NCBI GenBank assembly: GCA_011939005.1 | Contig: GCA_011939005.1_4858.1 | Strand: one strand, 5' to 3' | Source of the DNA: a phage | Length of the DNA: 64,000 bases | Shown: piece after piece, positions 15,479 through 26,800 of the stretch | Position numbering within the stretch: position 1 is the first letter of the stretch | How the letters are laid out: every line of letters starts with the position of its first letter | The notes under the pieces: generated by a model | The model's input: the letters and a program-made list of their open reading frames with translations, nothing else | What the model was told of the DNA's origin: nothing | The model's database searches: none | Program-made: the position numbers and the translations under genes

Positions 15479-16717
15479 TTACAGTAAACGCAAATCTGCG
15501 ACAAACAACAGTTGACGGCCGTACTTAGTCACTTCTTTCCAGCCATTGTTAACACCCCATTTGATGATAGCGTCGTAATGCCACTGTTTCAGTTCGTTGG
15601 TACCCCACGCATCCCGTACCGCCTTCGCCGACATCAAATAAGCAGGTTCGGCAACGGAGCGCATTTCAGAATCTGGCAGGCGAGAAACAACGGAACTGTT
15701 CACGCGCTGCAGTGTACCGGACACCTGTATCCAGAACGCAGGCGATATTGTATTTGTCGGTCGACAGTCAAATACCCAGGCCGTGTCATTTTCACTGGCC
15801 GGGGTCTTGCGTTTATAGATGCTTAACAGTATTTCTGACTGGATAACTTCGCGGAAAACAGCAAGAAGTGCGATGACTTTCTCATTAACCACCTCATCCT
15901 TTTCGACCTTATAGTAATCTTTAAGGTTTCCGGGCTCTGCTATCGGCATTACTGACCAAACATCGGCGTCTAACATCTCACCGAAATAATGGTTAGCGTT
16001 TTCATCAGATGTCCAGAACATCGTATTACCGTCATTGGCAGTGGTGGCTAGATCACGCAGTGCTTCCTTGGTGTCTTCGTCAATTTCCACAGGTTTGGCT
16101 GCTTCACGCGGTGCGTTTTTCGTGTAGAATCTGCGCTTGCTTACCGCTCTATTCCATACGGTAGTAATTTGGTACGCAGTGAATTCGGGGAACTGCTGCA
16201 CCAACACTTCCGCATCAACATCAAGCCGCTCTGAATTAAAGTTTTGTAATTTCTCATTAAACCCTGTATTCAGCTCTCCGCCAGTCCACCAGTTGCTGTC
16301 GCTTAGTGCAGGCATGTCAGGTGTTAACTCGAACACCGGTTTACCGGTCAGCAGAGTAAGAATGTAGTGCACCCACATTGTGTTACCCTCAGCAATGGCG
16401 CGTCCGATGTTTTGATTACCCGATAGGTAAGCTACACGCGAATCCCCTTCGAATGTCATGGTTAACTCAACCCACGGCGCTAAGTCAGAGACGTGGTGGC
16501 CTAAACGGCACTTTACTTCCCCTTTGTCAAGCAGCCGCTTTTCGACAACGGTTGAGAGCTTTTGTGGCAGGCACGCACAATCCTGCCACGTTACGTCGCT
16601 GTAAGCCATACTCCGAATATTGAACTGCATTCCCAACAGTACAATTGTGTTAGTAATTACTGCATTAAAGAATGCTTCTTTCGGTGTCTGGTAAACTAAT
16701 TCGTATTCGTTATACAT
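15479..16717 (-). CDS. hypothetical protein (412 aa)
   Basis: ATG at 16717 with AAGGAA RBS preferred over track start 16753. Confidence 0.65.
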   Translation of the reverse strand: MYNEYELVYQTPKEAFFNAVITNTIVLLGMQFNIRSMAYSDVTWQDCACLPQKLSTVVEKRLLDKGEVKCRLGHHVSDLAPWVELTMTFEGDSRVAYLSGNQNIGRAIAEGNTMWVHYILTLLTGKPVFELTPDMPALSDSNWWTGGELNTGFNEKLQNFNSERLDVDAEVLVQQFPEFTAYQITTVWNRAVSKRRFYTKNAPREAAKPVEIDEDTKEALRDLATTANDGNTMFWTSDENANHYFGEMLDADVWSVMPIAEPGNLKDYYKVEKDEVVNEKVIALLAVFREVIQSEILLSIYKRKTPASENDTAWVFDCRPTNTISPAFWIQVSGTLQRVNSSVVSRLPDSEMRSVAEPAYLMSAKAVRDAWGTNELKQWHYDAIIKWGVNNGWKEVTKYGRQLLFVADLRLL

Positions 16718-16838
16718 TTGGTATTTCCTTTTAAAGTACACTAAAGTGACCAAAAAATGTTACTAAAGAACAGTTGGTGTTTAAGCGACTGTGGGTTTAT
16801 ACACAATGCTCACTAAGATGACATCTATCTGTAAAAAC

Positions 16839-17156
16839 TTAGTATACGACCAGTACGATGCAGTCATCGATAGCCAGATTCAGTAATGAGTAGTCGTTAC
16901 TTAACCGCTGGTAACGCATCCCTTTTTCAAACCGACTTAGTTGTTCAGTCGGCATGACGTATACCGCGCTTTGCACTACTCCCGTAAACAGTTCGTCGTA
17001 GAACTGGTCTACTTCCCCGACTTTGTAAAAGCGCATTCTTTGATTGTTAGCAAAGACGCTATCTAGCTTCCCGTTACTGGCTTTCTGTAACGCAGTAAAG
17101 GCACTGTCTGCATCATTACGCTCTAATGCACTTTTAATGGTTTGAAATAAAGACAT
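16839..17156 (-). CDS. hypothetical protein (105 aa)
   Basis: ATG with GAGGAG RBS; diverges from the plus-strand structural block. Confidence 0.55.
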   Translation of the reverse strand: MSLFQTIKSALERNDADSAFTALQKASNGKLDSVFANNQRMRFYKVGEVDQFYDELFTGVVQSAVYVMPTEQLSRFEKGMRYQRLSNDYSLLNLAIDDCIVLVVY

Positions 17157-17340
17157 GGTACTGCACTCCTCGTTAGGTTAAAAGTCAAGGTCAACTACAA
17201 AACAAAAGGATGTCGGTATCCTACGGATACCTCCGTTTATGTTCGCATCCAATACATAAACCCCCTTACCCCCGTACTCTCCTCGATTGTCAAACGATGA
17301 GATCGAAACGTAAAAAAGTGTAGTATGAGAGGAGGGTGGT

Positions 17341-18273
17341 ATGAACAAATCTAAGTCAGGGTTGCACATCTTCTCGATAGGTATCGTCGCGGAAGATAAA
17401 CCTCGTGGTGCCACTCGAGTTAAAGTCATCCCTATCGAAGTTAACTTTATTAATCCAACAGCTGTCGATGCAACAGAGACGCCTGTAGAGAAGCAACACA
17501 ACAGTTTAAGTGGTACTGACAACCTTACTGTAAAGCAAGGTAATGCCATCACTGCAAAATGGATGAAGTCCAACAGCAACCGGGTTAACCCTCCGGATGT
17601 GAAAAAAGAAGACTACGTAAGAATCTGGCGTATCGGTGAAACCGATATGTACTTCTGGGAAGATTTAAACAACAGTAACGTTAAGCGACTGGAAGATGGG
17701 GTATACGCCTGGTCTGCTGACCCAGTAAACCAGATGGCCGATGACCTCTCTAACGCCTACGTACTGAATATCTCCCCGATGGATGGTCACGTTACTTTAC
17801 GTACCAGTATGACTAACGGCGAGAAAAATGCGTATTTGCTCCAGCTGAATACCCGTGACGGGTTTTGCCAGTTAGTGGATGACGAAGGGCGTAAGTTCTA
17901 CCTCAACTCTCCAGAGGATGACTTAGGGTTTGAAAACGCCTGCCGGTCGAAGATTAATATCAATAAAGAGGACGCTTTCATTTATGCTAAACGTTCTATT
18001 AATCTCGAGACAAAGACGATTAACGAGAAGTGCGAAACTCGCAACTCTACAGCGTCGAAAAACATGGCATGGAAGACTGAAGACTGGAAGACCACATGCC
18101 CAACGAATCTATTTACCGGTAACCTGGAAGTAGGTAAAGATTTCCTCTATAACGGCAAAGGTGAAGGTAAGGGCACATTCACAGTTACCGAATCGGTTAT
18201 CGGCGGCATCACCTTTACTCTTCACGTACATACTGGCCATGGTCCGGGCAACGACACCAGTACACCACACTAA
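17341..18273 (+). CDS. putative central tail spike / baseplate hub protein (gpV/gp138-like apex)
   Basis: Strong RBS gaggagggtgg; C-terminus ...GITFTLHVHTGHGPGN contains an HxH motif like the iron-binding apex of membrane-piercing spikes; assignment by analogy only. Confidence 0.5.
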   Translation: MNKSKSGLHIFSIGIVAEDKPRGATRVKVIPIEVNFINPTAVDATETPVEKQHNSLSGTDNLTVKQGNAITAKWMKSNSNRVNPPDVKKEDYVRIWRIGETDMYFWEDLNNSNVKRLEDGVYAWSADPVNQMADDLSNAYVLNISPMDGHVTLRTSMTNGEKNAYLLQLNTRDGFCQLVDDEGRKFYLNSPEDDLGFENACRSKININKEDAFIYAKRSINLETKTINEKCETRNSTASKNMAWKTEDWKTTCPTNLFTGNLEVGKDFLYNGKGEGKGTFTVTESVIGGITFTLHVHTGHGPGNDTSTPH

Positions 18274-18433
18274 GTTATTTACGTGTGTGGGGTATAATGT
18301 GACAATAAACCCCTAACTGTAACGATAACCCGAATCGCTTGTGCACAGTTAGCCACTTTTTTCGCACAAAAGCCGGTTTATTGTCAACTAATTTACGAGT
18401 CGGGGCAGTTAATATGCCTTGAAGTACAAGTAG

Positions 18434-18460
18434 TTGAACATAGGGTTCTTCTGCTATCAT
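18434..18460 (+). promoter_or_regulatory. candidate sigma70-like promoter (TTGAAC-15-TATCAT)
   Basis: Hexamers about 20 nt upstream of the 18481 ATG; spacer is short (15 nt), so weak. Confidence 0.25.
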
Positions 18461-18480
18461 TTGTTAATGGAGATAAGTAA

Positions 18481-18690
18481 ATGAGCATTCGTGAAATCAC
18501 CGCAGGCAGCGACGTTTCTGGTCTGGTAGAAGCAGGCACCGTTCAGGTTTCTGGACTGAGCACCGTTACCGAAGTTACCGAAGCGCTGGCTAAGAAAGCC
18601 GAAGCTGAAGGCGGCGTAGCATTTAAAGTTACCGCTTGCGGCGGCAACAACAAAATGTTCGGCAACGCCATCTATTACGTAAACGCGTAA
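18481..18690 (+). CDS. DUF1471 (YdgH/BhsA/McbA-like) domain protein, no signal peptide
   Basis: GTVQVSG...LAKKAEAEGGVAFKVTACGGNNKMFGNAIYYVNA matches the BhsA-family pattern G.h.LDE.LA.KA.E.GA..F+ITS....N.L.GTA.IYK; own terminator. Confidence 0.6.
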   Translation: MSIREITAGSDVSGLVEAGTVQVSGLSTVTEVTEALAKKAEAEGGVAFKVTACGGNNKMFGNAIYYVNA

Positions 18691-18702
18691 TCGGCCTGCA
18701 GG

Positions 18703-18761
18703 CAAAAAAAGATATAGGTACCCTACTCCCGTTGGGAGTAGGGTTTACCTTTTATTTTTTT
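18703..18761. terminator. bidirectional rho-independent terminator
   Basis: Hairpin ccctactccc-gtt-gggagtaggg flanked by A-run and T-run between convergent genes. Confidence 0.7.
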
Positions 18762-20014
18762 CGTGCTTTGTAGCGATGCATTTCAACAAATGGCTTACCC
18801 CAAGCCCCGAAAGGCCCGACGATTGCCTGCGCGTCGTTTACCAAATTCTGGTTATACCAACGCGCGTTCCCCAACAAAAAGTTTTCCCGGTCGAAGAATG
18901 TGGTATTAAAGACCCACTCCCCTTCTTCCCAGGTCGGCCAGTACCCTACACATTTACCAATACGGTTAAAGATAGGACCTAGCGTCTTCTTCCCATCTGG
19001 GTCAGTCGGGTCTTTTAAATAGAACCGGCCCCAGATAGCGTTGTGGCTTATTCCGTGAATCTCTTTTTCGAGATACGGGTTGTCTATCGTAAAGATAAAC
19101 GAGGATTCGTGCGTCAGCAACGCTTTTAACGTTTCTGAGTTACGAATACGTTGAACGGACGTAGGCGTACTTAAATCACCTACACCGATGGCGTCCCAAT
19201 CGTAATAGCGACGGGTTTCCAATACAATCTTCGCCACGCTAAGGTTTGGCAGACTCAGCATAATCGCACGGTCGCTGAAATAGCCCTGCGGTGGCAACCA
19301 ATGCAGAATACCCCCGATGACGAACCCAACGGTTTTCCCTGTAATGGAATCGGGTAAGGTCAACATTAACGAAGAATAGTAATCTCGCGTAGTATCGAGT
19401 TTGTTCATCGTTAAACCGGATATGGGGTAAGTCTTCACTTTACCAATATTCGCCATCACTAGACAGCCGATGTCGGGTGTGTTGGCTCTCCGCACGATGT
19501 TACCAGCACCGGTTAAGCGAACGCCCACAGGGTCAGATTGGTGCGGTACCCACTGACCGTTGATGTTGTACAGTACCCCGGTACGGTATTTTTCTTTCCA
19601 CTCATCGTCGCAGACTACAACAACGTCGTGCGCATCATCAGGGTTGAAGTCCTGAGTGTAATGGTACCCAGGAGGGCACAGGTGCGTTTCTACGGGCACA
19701 TCTGCATTAATAGACTGGTAATGTGCCTCAGCGAATTCTAACTTCGGTAGGCCTTTCCCAAGCGTTGGAATTGCGATTCCTGACTTGGTGTTTAACCAAT
19801 CTTGCAACGTGTCCGTACGGTTTTGTAAATCAGCCAGGTGATACTGGCTATAGAAGGTATATTCGGCACCTAGTGCTTCTAGTCCTACTTCGAAAAAGTG
19901 GTAGTTAGCACAAAGGGTATTTAAGGGCTGCGTGACATCGATGGTTCCCCAAGTTCGGGTGTCTCGAGAGAAGCCAAAAGCGCTGTCGGCCCGCACTTGA
20001 TAAGCAGTAGTCAC
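18752..20014 (-). CDS. hypothetical protein, probably virion-associated (420 aa)
   Basis: Long ORF with apparent GTG start and AGAGGAAA RBS; embedded in structural block. Confidence 0.6.
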   Translation of the reverse strand: MTTAYQVRADSAFGFSRDTRTWGTIDVTQPLNTLCANYHFFEVGLEALGAEYTFYSQYHLADLQNRTDTLQDWLNTKSGIAIPTLGKGLPKLEFAEAHYQSINADVPVETHLCPPGYHYTQDFNPDDAHDVVVVCDDEWKEKYRTGVLYNINGQWVPHQSDPVGVRLTGAGNIVRRANTPDIGCLVMANIGKVKTYPISGLTMNKLDTTRDYYSSLMLTLPDSITGKTVGFVIGGILHWLPPQGYFSDRAIMLSLPNLSVAKIVLETRRYYDWDAIGVGDLSTPTSVQRIRNSETLKALLTHESSFIFTIDNPYLEKEIHGISHNAIWGRFYLKDPTDPDGKKTLGPIFNRIGKCVGYWPTWEEGEWVFNTTFFDRENFLLGNARWYNQNLVNDAQAIVGPFGAWGKPFVEMHRYKARKK

Positions 20015-20081
20015 TGGCTGTTTCCTCTAAGGATTCGGGTCATAGTATGAACTCGACGCCCTCAGAGAAAAGGAGTGTAAA

Positions 20082-23000
20082 ATGGCTGTCGTCCCTGACC
20101 CGCACTATCAAGAACCGGGGAATATGCAGACCGGTGAAGCGGTAACGCCGATCGGTACTAAGTACCGGATGCTGTTCCCCGCACACGCCCCCTTTTATAC
20201 CACATCCCTGGTGGTCAAGAGTGGCGGCAAGAAATTAACATTAGGTGATGATTACGTCATCACCCATGCGTACGTTACGGGCATGGCACGCACTGGCCAT
20301 GTTTGTCACGGCGGCGTGTGGATTACCAACCCGAAATATCAGAGTGGCTTTACACTCGATTACCACGCAATTGGCATCGGTGAAGCCACTGCAGAAATGA
20401 TCGCCGCAGAACGAGAAGCGAATAAAGATCGCTATCCCGTGGACTGCCAATGGGATAACGTCATTGGGGATTTATATTTCCCACCGGTCGATATTAAGTT
20501 CGATTGGGAAAACTGGCGTGGCGAATCTGAGTTGATGGAAGCCATTGTTGCGGTTGGTGCTAAGCTCGGTGAAGCGATCAGTCGCGTTGACCCGATTGCT
20601 CGTAACACGTTAGACCTTCAATATCGCGCCGGCGTCACGCTTATCACGTCCGAGCAGTATGCGACGTACGACGGTACTGGCGGCTACACGTATAACGCGT
20701 CACGTCGTCGTTATTCGTTATCTTACCAGAACACGACATTCGATGCGTATTCGTTAGCGGTAAAATACCGTTTACCGAGCATTCCACCGGAAACAACGTT
20801 GAACCCAGGCGAGTTGATCGATTGGATGCTCTGTTACGCAAACGGTGGGACAAGTATCCTGCGTCTTCAGTTGAAGCAACGCGCGATTTATCTTACCTTA
20901 ACGACAGCGATTGGTTCCGGTTCGTCCAATTACAGCTATACGTTGACGACTGGCCTGACTGATACCGAGTTGGCGGGTGAGGTTGAGTTTAGCGTGGTCA
21001 GACGCGAAGGTAACGGCGTTTACGACATCACCGTTAAAACAAGCAAGCAAACCGTTAACTACAGCTTTAACGTTGACAACCCACCGAGCGAATTTGCACC
21101 AGGGTATCAGAAAACTGATGTCGCAAAATGGTTGAAGTTTAAATCGGGCGTCAACCTAAACTGGTGGGCAGGTGAGAACGATTACGTCCAGATTCGTTCA
21201 TTACCAGGCGCACCGGCACCTGACGTTAACAATGACGTGTACCAGCTGCTGGTAAAATATCACCAGATTGTCGATAAACTGTACCGTGATGCACCGGCAC
21301 ACACACACGTGCCGCGCAAGGATAACCCGCATCGCGATTCGTGGGGCGCAATCCGTGCTTTGGAGAATAACGGTATTGCTTCGGACGCGACACTGGTATA
21401 CGGAAAAACGCAACCGCAGCTGACAGATTACGTTAACAATCTGTTGCCGAAACTGTCAACGCTGGCGAATAAGCTTTTACGTTTACCGGCGGCTGCACAG
21501 TCTATCATCGGCACGTTCGGCATGAAGCCTGGCCTGACTTCAATAACGTCAGCAGTGGGTACCGATGAGTCTGAAGGCGTGGGTGCACAATTCACGGTTG
21601 ACCCGAGGGTTATCCGTTTTATTGGCCGCGATTCGCAAACCGTTAACGCCGGGAACAATCCGATTACATGGCAAGGTGGGGCTAACCAACTCATCCTTTA
21701 TCCGGATTCCCGTGGATTGGAGTTCAACGGTAAGAAACTGTTGGACCCTACTACGGTCGGGCCGTACCTGCCGGGTAACGAATCAGGTGGTGATGGACTG
21801 TTTTACGGAACATCCACAGCTACTGTAACCATTAACGGTAACGGTATTCAGTCTGTTCCGTTCATTTGTACCTTTGTTCCACCGGAGTCCGATGACCTTG
21901 GCCTGATGGCTGTCCGTTTGTTGGCTACTGAATTCGGCGATCGTGAGGACTTGGCCGCAACGCCGGCACTCATCAAGAAATTGGATCAGCAGTTTACGGG
22001 CAAGTTGGTTGCCGTTAAATCGTACATCAACGACATGCCACTGACGAGTTCTATTTACATCGATAAAACTAACTTCGGCTTATCGAACGTACAGAACATC
22101 CCAGATGTACAATTGCCGATTTCCCCGCTCCAACAAGCTGAGCTGGACAAGTATGCAGTCGTCGGTCACAAACACACTTCTGCCGCGTTCGGGATTAAGC
22201 GTGCAACAACGACGGAGTTCGGTTTAGTACAGTTCGGCACCGCGGTTGACGATGCCACTCTGGCATTAGACGGTGGTGAGGTCATCCGACAGGCGGACGC
22301 CATCACAGAGATAGAGAAGGTTGCGAAGACAGTCGACTCTGGTGCTTCAATCAACATTATTCGTTACGGTTTACCCGGCACGGATATCATTGAAAACGGC
22401 ATCACTTACACCGACTGGATGGTTACTATTAAAGCGAACGATTATTTCGTTGGTCGCGAGTACAAAGTACCTCTCTCCACATTTAACTTGGCGGAGCTAT
22501 TCCCAGCGACGCACGAAGATGCTGAGTTTGGCGTGTATGTTGACGCGGCGGGCGATGACGGCAAGTACATTATCTACGAAAATCCAAACACGGCAGAAAC
22601 TGAGACGATGACCAAAATAGGTTCCATCATCACCAGTGAAACCGGTGTGGTTTTTGTAGAAATCCGCAACGTGACGCGTTTAGGTGAGTTCCGTGAATTA
22701 GGCGAGCATATCGAGGATGATAACGCCCATATTCGTCGGGGCATGACGCAAGCTGAATTCGGATTTACTTACGGTACGGGCGGGCCTGTGTGGTCCACGG
22801 GCGCACCGGGTACAAAACGTATAGATGCTGATTGGCGTTACGCGCAGGCTAGCGGCTATACGCCTATGTTGAAAGCGGACTACGATCCGGCTGCTGATAA
22901 ATGGACGTTTAAAACAACCAGTTTATCTGTAACCGATTATCGTTTTGTCCACAACACGTTCCCGATGTTCCAGAATAACGGCATTACCGCAACGTGGACA

Positions 23001-23795
23001 CCTTTAACCGCAACAGCGGACAGTGTGCTAGAAACGGTAATTGGGTGTTGTCATCACTCGGCCACGTTCATGCACCGTATTTCTGTACTCGTCGCACGCA
23101 CCGCAGGACGTATTACCACTCCAGGCGGTGTGAGCACGTATGCGGGAATCGCGGTTAACTACGGACGTGCTGCGCAGGTTGTTATTGGCTTGAACGGCGT
23201 TACTGGTTCCGGCCATGACTGGACGGCACTTAATCCATCGGTGCGTTTCAGCCACGCGCGAACAGCGGACGGTATTTCGTTCGTGGGAACGATTAACATC
23301 GATTCCAAAACGATTAACTTTGAGCTGACGCTAACCGCGACAACAAAGACGCTGAAATACACCTTGCAGTCGACCGGCGAGTCGTGGACTGAGGATTTGT
23401 CTACCCGTCTCCGTCCTGACTATATCGACTTGACGAAACTGATTACCGATCCGAGTACGCCGATTTATCACGGCGTGGGTGGTTTGTTTAGTTCCGACAC
23501 AGAAGCGCGTTTGACCTACGCTAACCTGAACACGATGCCGACAAAGAATCGTTATTACGCCACGTTCCTTGACTATGCGATTAACTATTCCGGCTTAAAC
23601 CGCGCAAGATTCTTTACTGGCGTGGTGGATGCAGGTTCAACGATTAATGAGATGAACAGCGCGATGAGCAACTATTCATACAGTTCGTTCCGACCAGTGG
23701 ATACAGGTAAAATTCCACTGGTGGCACACCCATCCAAGATGATGACGTTCAATCCGAAAAACACGTCAGCTCGAACACTTATTATTCGTGATTAA
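20082..23795 (+). CDS. large virion structural protein (1237 aa; tail fibre/baseplate-associated, putative)
   Basis: ATG with AAAGGAG RBS; size and position upstream of further giant ORFs and a coiled-coil fibre. Confidence 0.8.
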   Translation: MAVVPDPHYQEPGNMQTGEAVTPIGTKYRMLFPAHAPFYTTSLVVKSGGKKLTLGDDYVITHAYVTGMARTGHVCHGGVWITNPKYQSGFTLDYHAIGIGEATAEMIAAEREANKDRYPVDCQWDNVIGDLYFPPVDIKFDWENWRGESELMEAIVAVGAKLGEAISRVDPIARNTLDLQYRAGVTLITSEQYATYDGTGGYTYNASRRRYSLSYQNTTFDAYSLAVKYRLPSIPPETTLNPGELIDWMLCYANGGTSILRLQLKQRAIYLTLTTAIGSGSSNYSYTLTTGLTDTELAGEVEFSVVRREGNGVYDITVKTSKQTVNYSFNVDNPPSEFAPGYQKTDVAKWLKFKSGVNLNWWAGENDYVQIRSLPGAPAPDVNNDVYQLLVKYHQIVDKLYRDAPAHTHVPRKDNPHRDSWGAIRALENNGIASDATLVYGKTQPQLTDYVNNLLPKLSTLANKLLRLPAAAQSIIGTFGMKPGLTSITSAVGTDESEGVGAQFTVDPRVIRFIGRDSQTVNAGNNPITWQGGANQLILYPDSRGLEFNGKKLLDPTTVGPYLPGNESGGDGLFYGTSTATVTINGNGIQSVPFICTFVPPESDDLGLMAVRLLATEFGDREDLAATPALIKKLDQQFTGKLVAVKSYINDMPLTSSIYIDKTNFGLSNVQNIPDVQLPISPLQQAELDKYAVVGHKHTSAAFGIKRATTTEFGLVQFGTAVDDATLALDGGEVIRQADAITEIEKVAKTVDSGASINIIRYGLPGTDIIENGITYTDWMVTIKANDYFVGREYKVPLSTFNLAELFPATHEDAEFGVYVDAAGDDGKYIIYENPNTAETETMTKIGSIITSETGVVFVEIRNVTRLGEFRELGEHIEDDNAHIRRGMTQAEFGFTYGTGGPVWSTGAPGTKRIDADWRYAQASGYTPMLKADYDPAADKWTFKTTSLSVTDYRFVHNTFPMFQNNGITATWTPLTATADSVLETVIGCCHHSATFMHRISVLVARTAGRITTPGGVSTYAGIAVNYGRAAQVVIGLNGVTGSGHDWTALNPSVRFSHARTADGISFVGTINIDSKTINFELTLTATTKTLKYTLQSTGESWTEDLSTRLRPDYIDLTKLITDPSTPIYHGVGGLFSSDTEARLTYANLNTMPTKNRYYATFLDYAINYSGLNRARFFTGVVDAGSTINEMNSAMSNYSYSSFRPVDTGKIPLVAHPSKMMTFNPKNTSARTLIIRD

Positions 23796-23807
23796 GGAGA
23801 TTTTTGA

Positions 23808-26800
23808 ATGAAAACGTATCCTTACGATCCTCGGGGTGTAAATCCTGAGTGTCACTTCATCGAGGAACGTATCATCGACTCCGACAATCCTAACGATCGG
23901 GTGGTGATGCTAGATCATCGCCCGTTTTTCGAAGGATTGGTGGTAAGGCTCGCCGGCTCGTCCATACCGCTTACCCGCGGGACGGACTATGAGCTGGAGT
24001 ATGCTTTAACACCGTTGGACGACTCGGTGACGACCCCGGTGTTTTGCGGGGTGCATCTTATTAACCCTAAACTGCGTGGTGCGGTGGTCTTTGAAGGCCA
24101 GATGCTCGGGGGTACGTTTTACAGTGGTTTGATTGAGATGTTGGATGAGCTAGTTAAGGCACTCAACAATCCAACGGCTGCAGATTGGCTGCTTTTAGGT
24201 AATCGACCTTCCCTGTACCCAGCCACCCCTGCAGCGGTGGCTTGGTCAGACATGCTGAATAAAAAGTATGTTGCCTCTGCAGTGCATGATGTGGAGTTAG
24301 ATGCCGGGGCGGCCAACGAGCAGATTCGTGAAAAGCTTACTGAGCTGAAAGATGCGGTTTTGGGCTTAGGAACTGAAATCGCCGCATTTAACTACCCCGG
24401 ACACATTGCGTCGACTAACCCTCATGGGACTACCGCGGCGCAGGCCGGTGCGCATCCTGTCAACCTGAAAACGCCAGATACTTTCCTGGCGTATGGAAAG
24501 ACGTTGCGTCAGTTAACCAGCGAGGTCCGTGCACTGGGTCTGCAACAATCGGATATCGACAAGTACATTTCTAAATGGGTATCGAAAGAATCCAAAGGGG
24601 TGTTTAATGCGACGATATCCGGTACTCGTGCCCTGTTCCGTTCTCCTGCTGGTGAATCCGAAATTGTGTTCTCTGCTGAGGCATTCACTCTTAAATCTAA
24701 TGGCTCTGTTGTGTTGGCGTGTGGGTATGCCGACACTACTGGAACCGTCCGGTTTATGGAGTGGAAAGCAGGCATCAATACATTACGTATTGAGTCGACT
24801 GGCAGTGCCTTGGGGATGGATAAGCTGACGCTTAATGGTACGACGTTACTGACCACAACTGCTCTCATGGGCTATCAACAAGACCCTGGTACCGGCGGTG
24901 GTACCGTTGACCCGGATGACAACAAACTGTACATTAGCGGGGTGAACGGCATCACTTTCACGGGTAAAGGGTCAAAAGCCGATCCCGTCACCGGGAAGGT
25001 CACAGCCAAACCCGCGACGACCTCTGAACCAGGCGTTGTGACGCTGACTGATAAGCCGAGCGATGTAGTCAAAGGGCAAGCAGCCACCCCGTCGGCGCTT
25101 TTGCCGTATGAGGGCGACCTGTCTTCGTACGTCAGGAAGACAACGCTGCTGAATAACCAGCCGATGAACACTGGTAGTCGAACGCTGACGAAAAAGGATT
25201 TAGGTTTAGACTTGGCTGATAACACAGCTGACGTCGATAAACCACTTTCTGATGCGTTGGCAGAAGCAGTTACCGGTCTTAGTGATAAAGGTCACCATCA
25301 CAACTTCGCTGATTTACAGATTCCAACAGCCTCTCAAACTGTGCCAGGTATCGCACGATACTCTACCAACTTAAACGGCTTGGCGGATAATCGCGGCGTT
25401 ACCCCGAATGTTCTGAACGATCTGTCAAAACGTTTAGACGTAGTTGCAGCTGCGCTAGCAAACGCGAAAGAGGATTCCGTGACCGATTTTGCCGCTGTGC
25501 GTGGTAAGACTTGGACTGTGGGATCTACACGTACCACCCTCGCCGTAACGGATTTGAATTATTTCTATCTGTTAAATGGTGCACGTAAAGAGGGGACGGT
25601 ATCTGGTTCGATAGACCTGCAAACCACCCCGATGTTCCAGTGGTTCTCTCCAGATAACCGTATGGAAAGAACGTGGCAGAACGCGGTAATTAATATCGGT
25701 GACGGTATTGATTTTAGTGGGTTTGAGGTTGCCGTCCCGGAAACGAACTACGGTGCGCAGATTGGGTTAACGGCAACCGGCATGGGTGACTTATCGGTTG
25801 TTAACCTTTTAGCAAAAACGTGGGTTCGTTGCGATACAGGTAAACTACGTATTTGGGTTCGTGGCGGTGGTGCTGTTTCTGTTTATCTGGACGGTGTAAT
25901 TATCGGTGCGGGTATTACAGAAGCGGGGTATCTGGAGGCGACTGTCAAAGAGGGGTGGAAGCAACATTGCCTGGCGTTTCGTGCGGAATGTAACAATAGC
26001 GCGAAAGCAGCTGCTATACGCTTCACCATTTACGATGGTGATTACCCGGTTGCGGTGTCGGACAAAAACACCAAAGTTGCCCGCCTGCAGGAGTTTGTTA
26101 AGACCGCGAACGGTTTACGACATTATCTTTACGTGAACATGATAACCAACGCATTGTATTCACGTGCGGAACCCATTGTGGACACGGAAGGTATTAACCT
26201 GGAGCGTGGGTACATTGGTTACATTGATGTACCCGAGACGGGATTGGTTGCAGGTACGACTTACGAGTTTGAAACGACGTTTGATTTTGGCATGGCGTCC
26301 GAACTTAAACGGCACTTCGAAACACGTCTGGCGCACGGAGTGAGTAATGCCGACTGGTCGTTGACGGATAACCCAAAAATGTTACCGCTAAACAAAGTCG
26401 ATCCGTTGCCTAAACAGTGGCTTTATGCGTACCCTAATAGTCCAGTTTCTGGTAACCACTATATTCGATTAGACCGAGGGTTATTCGATTATAAATTTGA
26501 TAGTACCATTTCAAGCCTAGTGTTTGTTGGAGCGGTTGTCTCCACAGAAAGCGCATCACCGTACTGCTGGTTTACACCAAGCAACCCGAAAGAAAAAGGG
26601 ATGGCGACGTTTGAAGGTTCTGTGGTGGTCGATGTTGATTTGTCGGAAGCACAAACAGTTCGCGTTCGCGATATCACATTAAACTTCATGGCCCCGTCTG
26701 CAGATGATAAAAGCAAGACCAGGGTACTGAGATGGAGTGGCAATCGTCCAGAATTGAATTGTGGCTTCATCACGTCTCCTTATAACCAAGCAACTGGAGG

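Noticed and set aside
18287-18298. gggtataat as a strong sigma70 -10 element
   Set aside because: No acceptable -35 hexamer or TGn extension at correct spacing; noted but not annotated.
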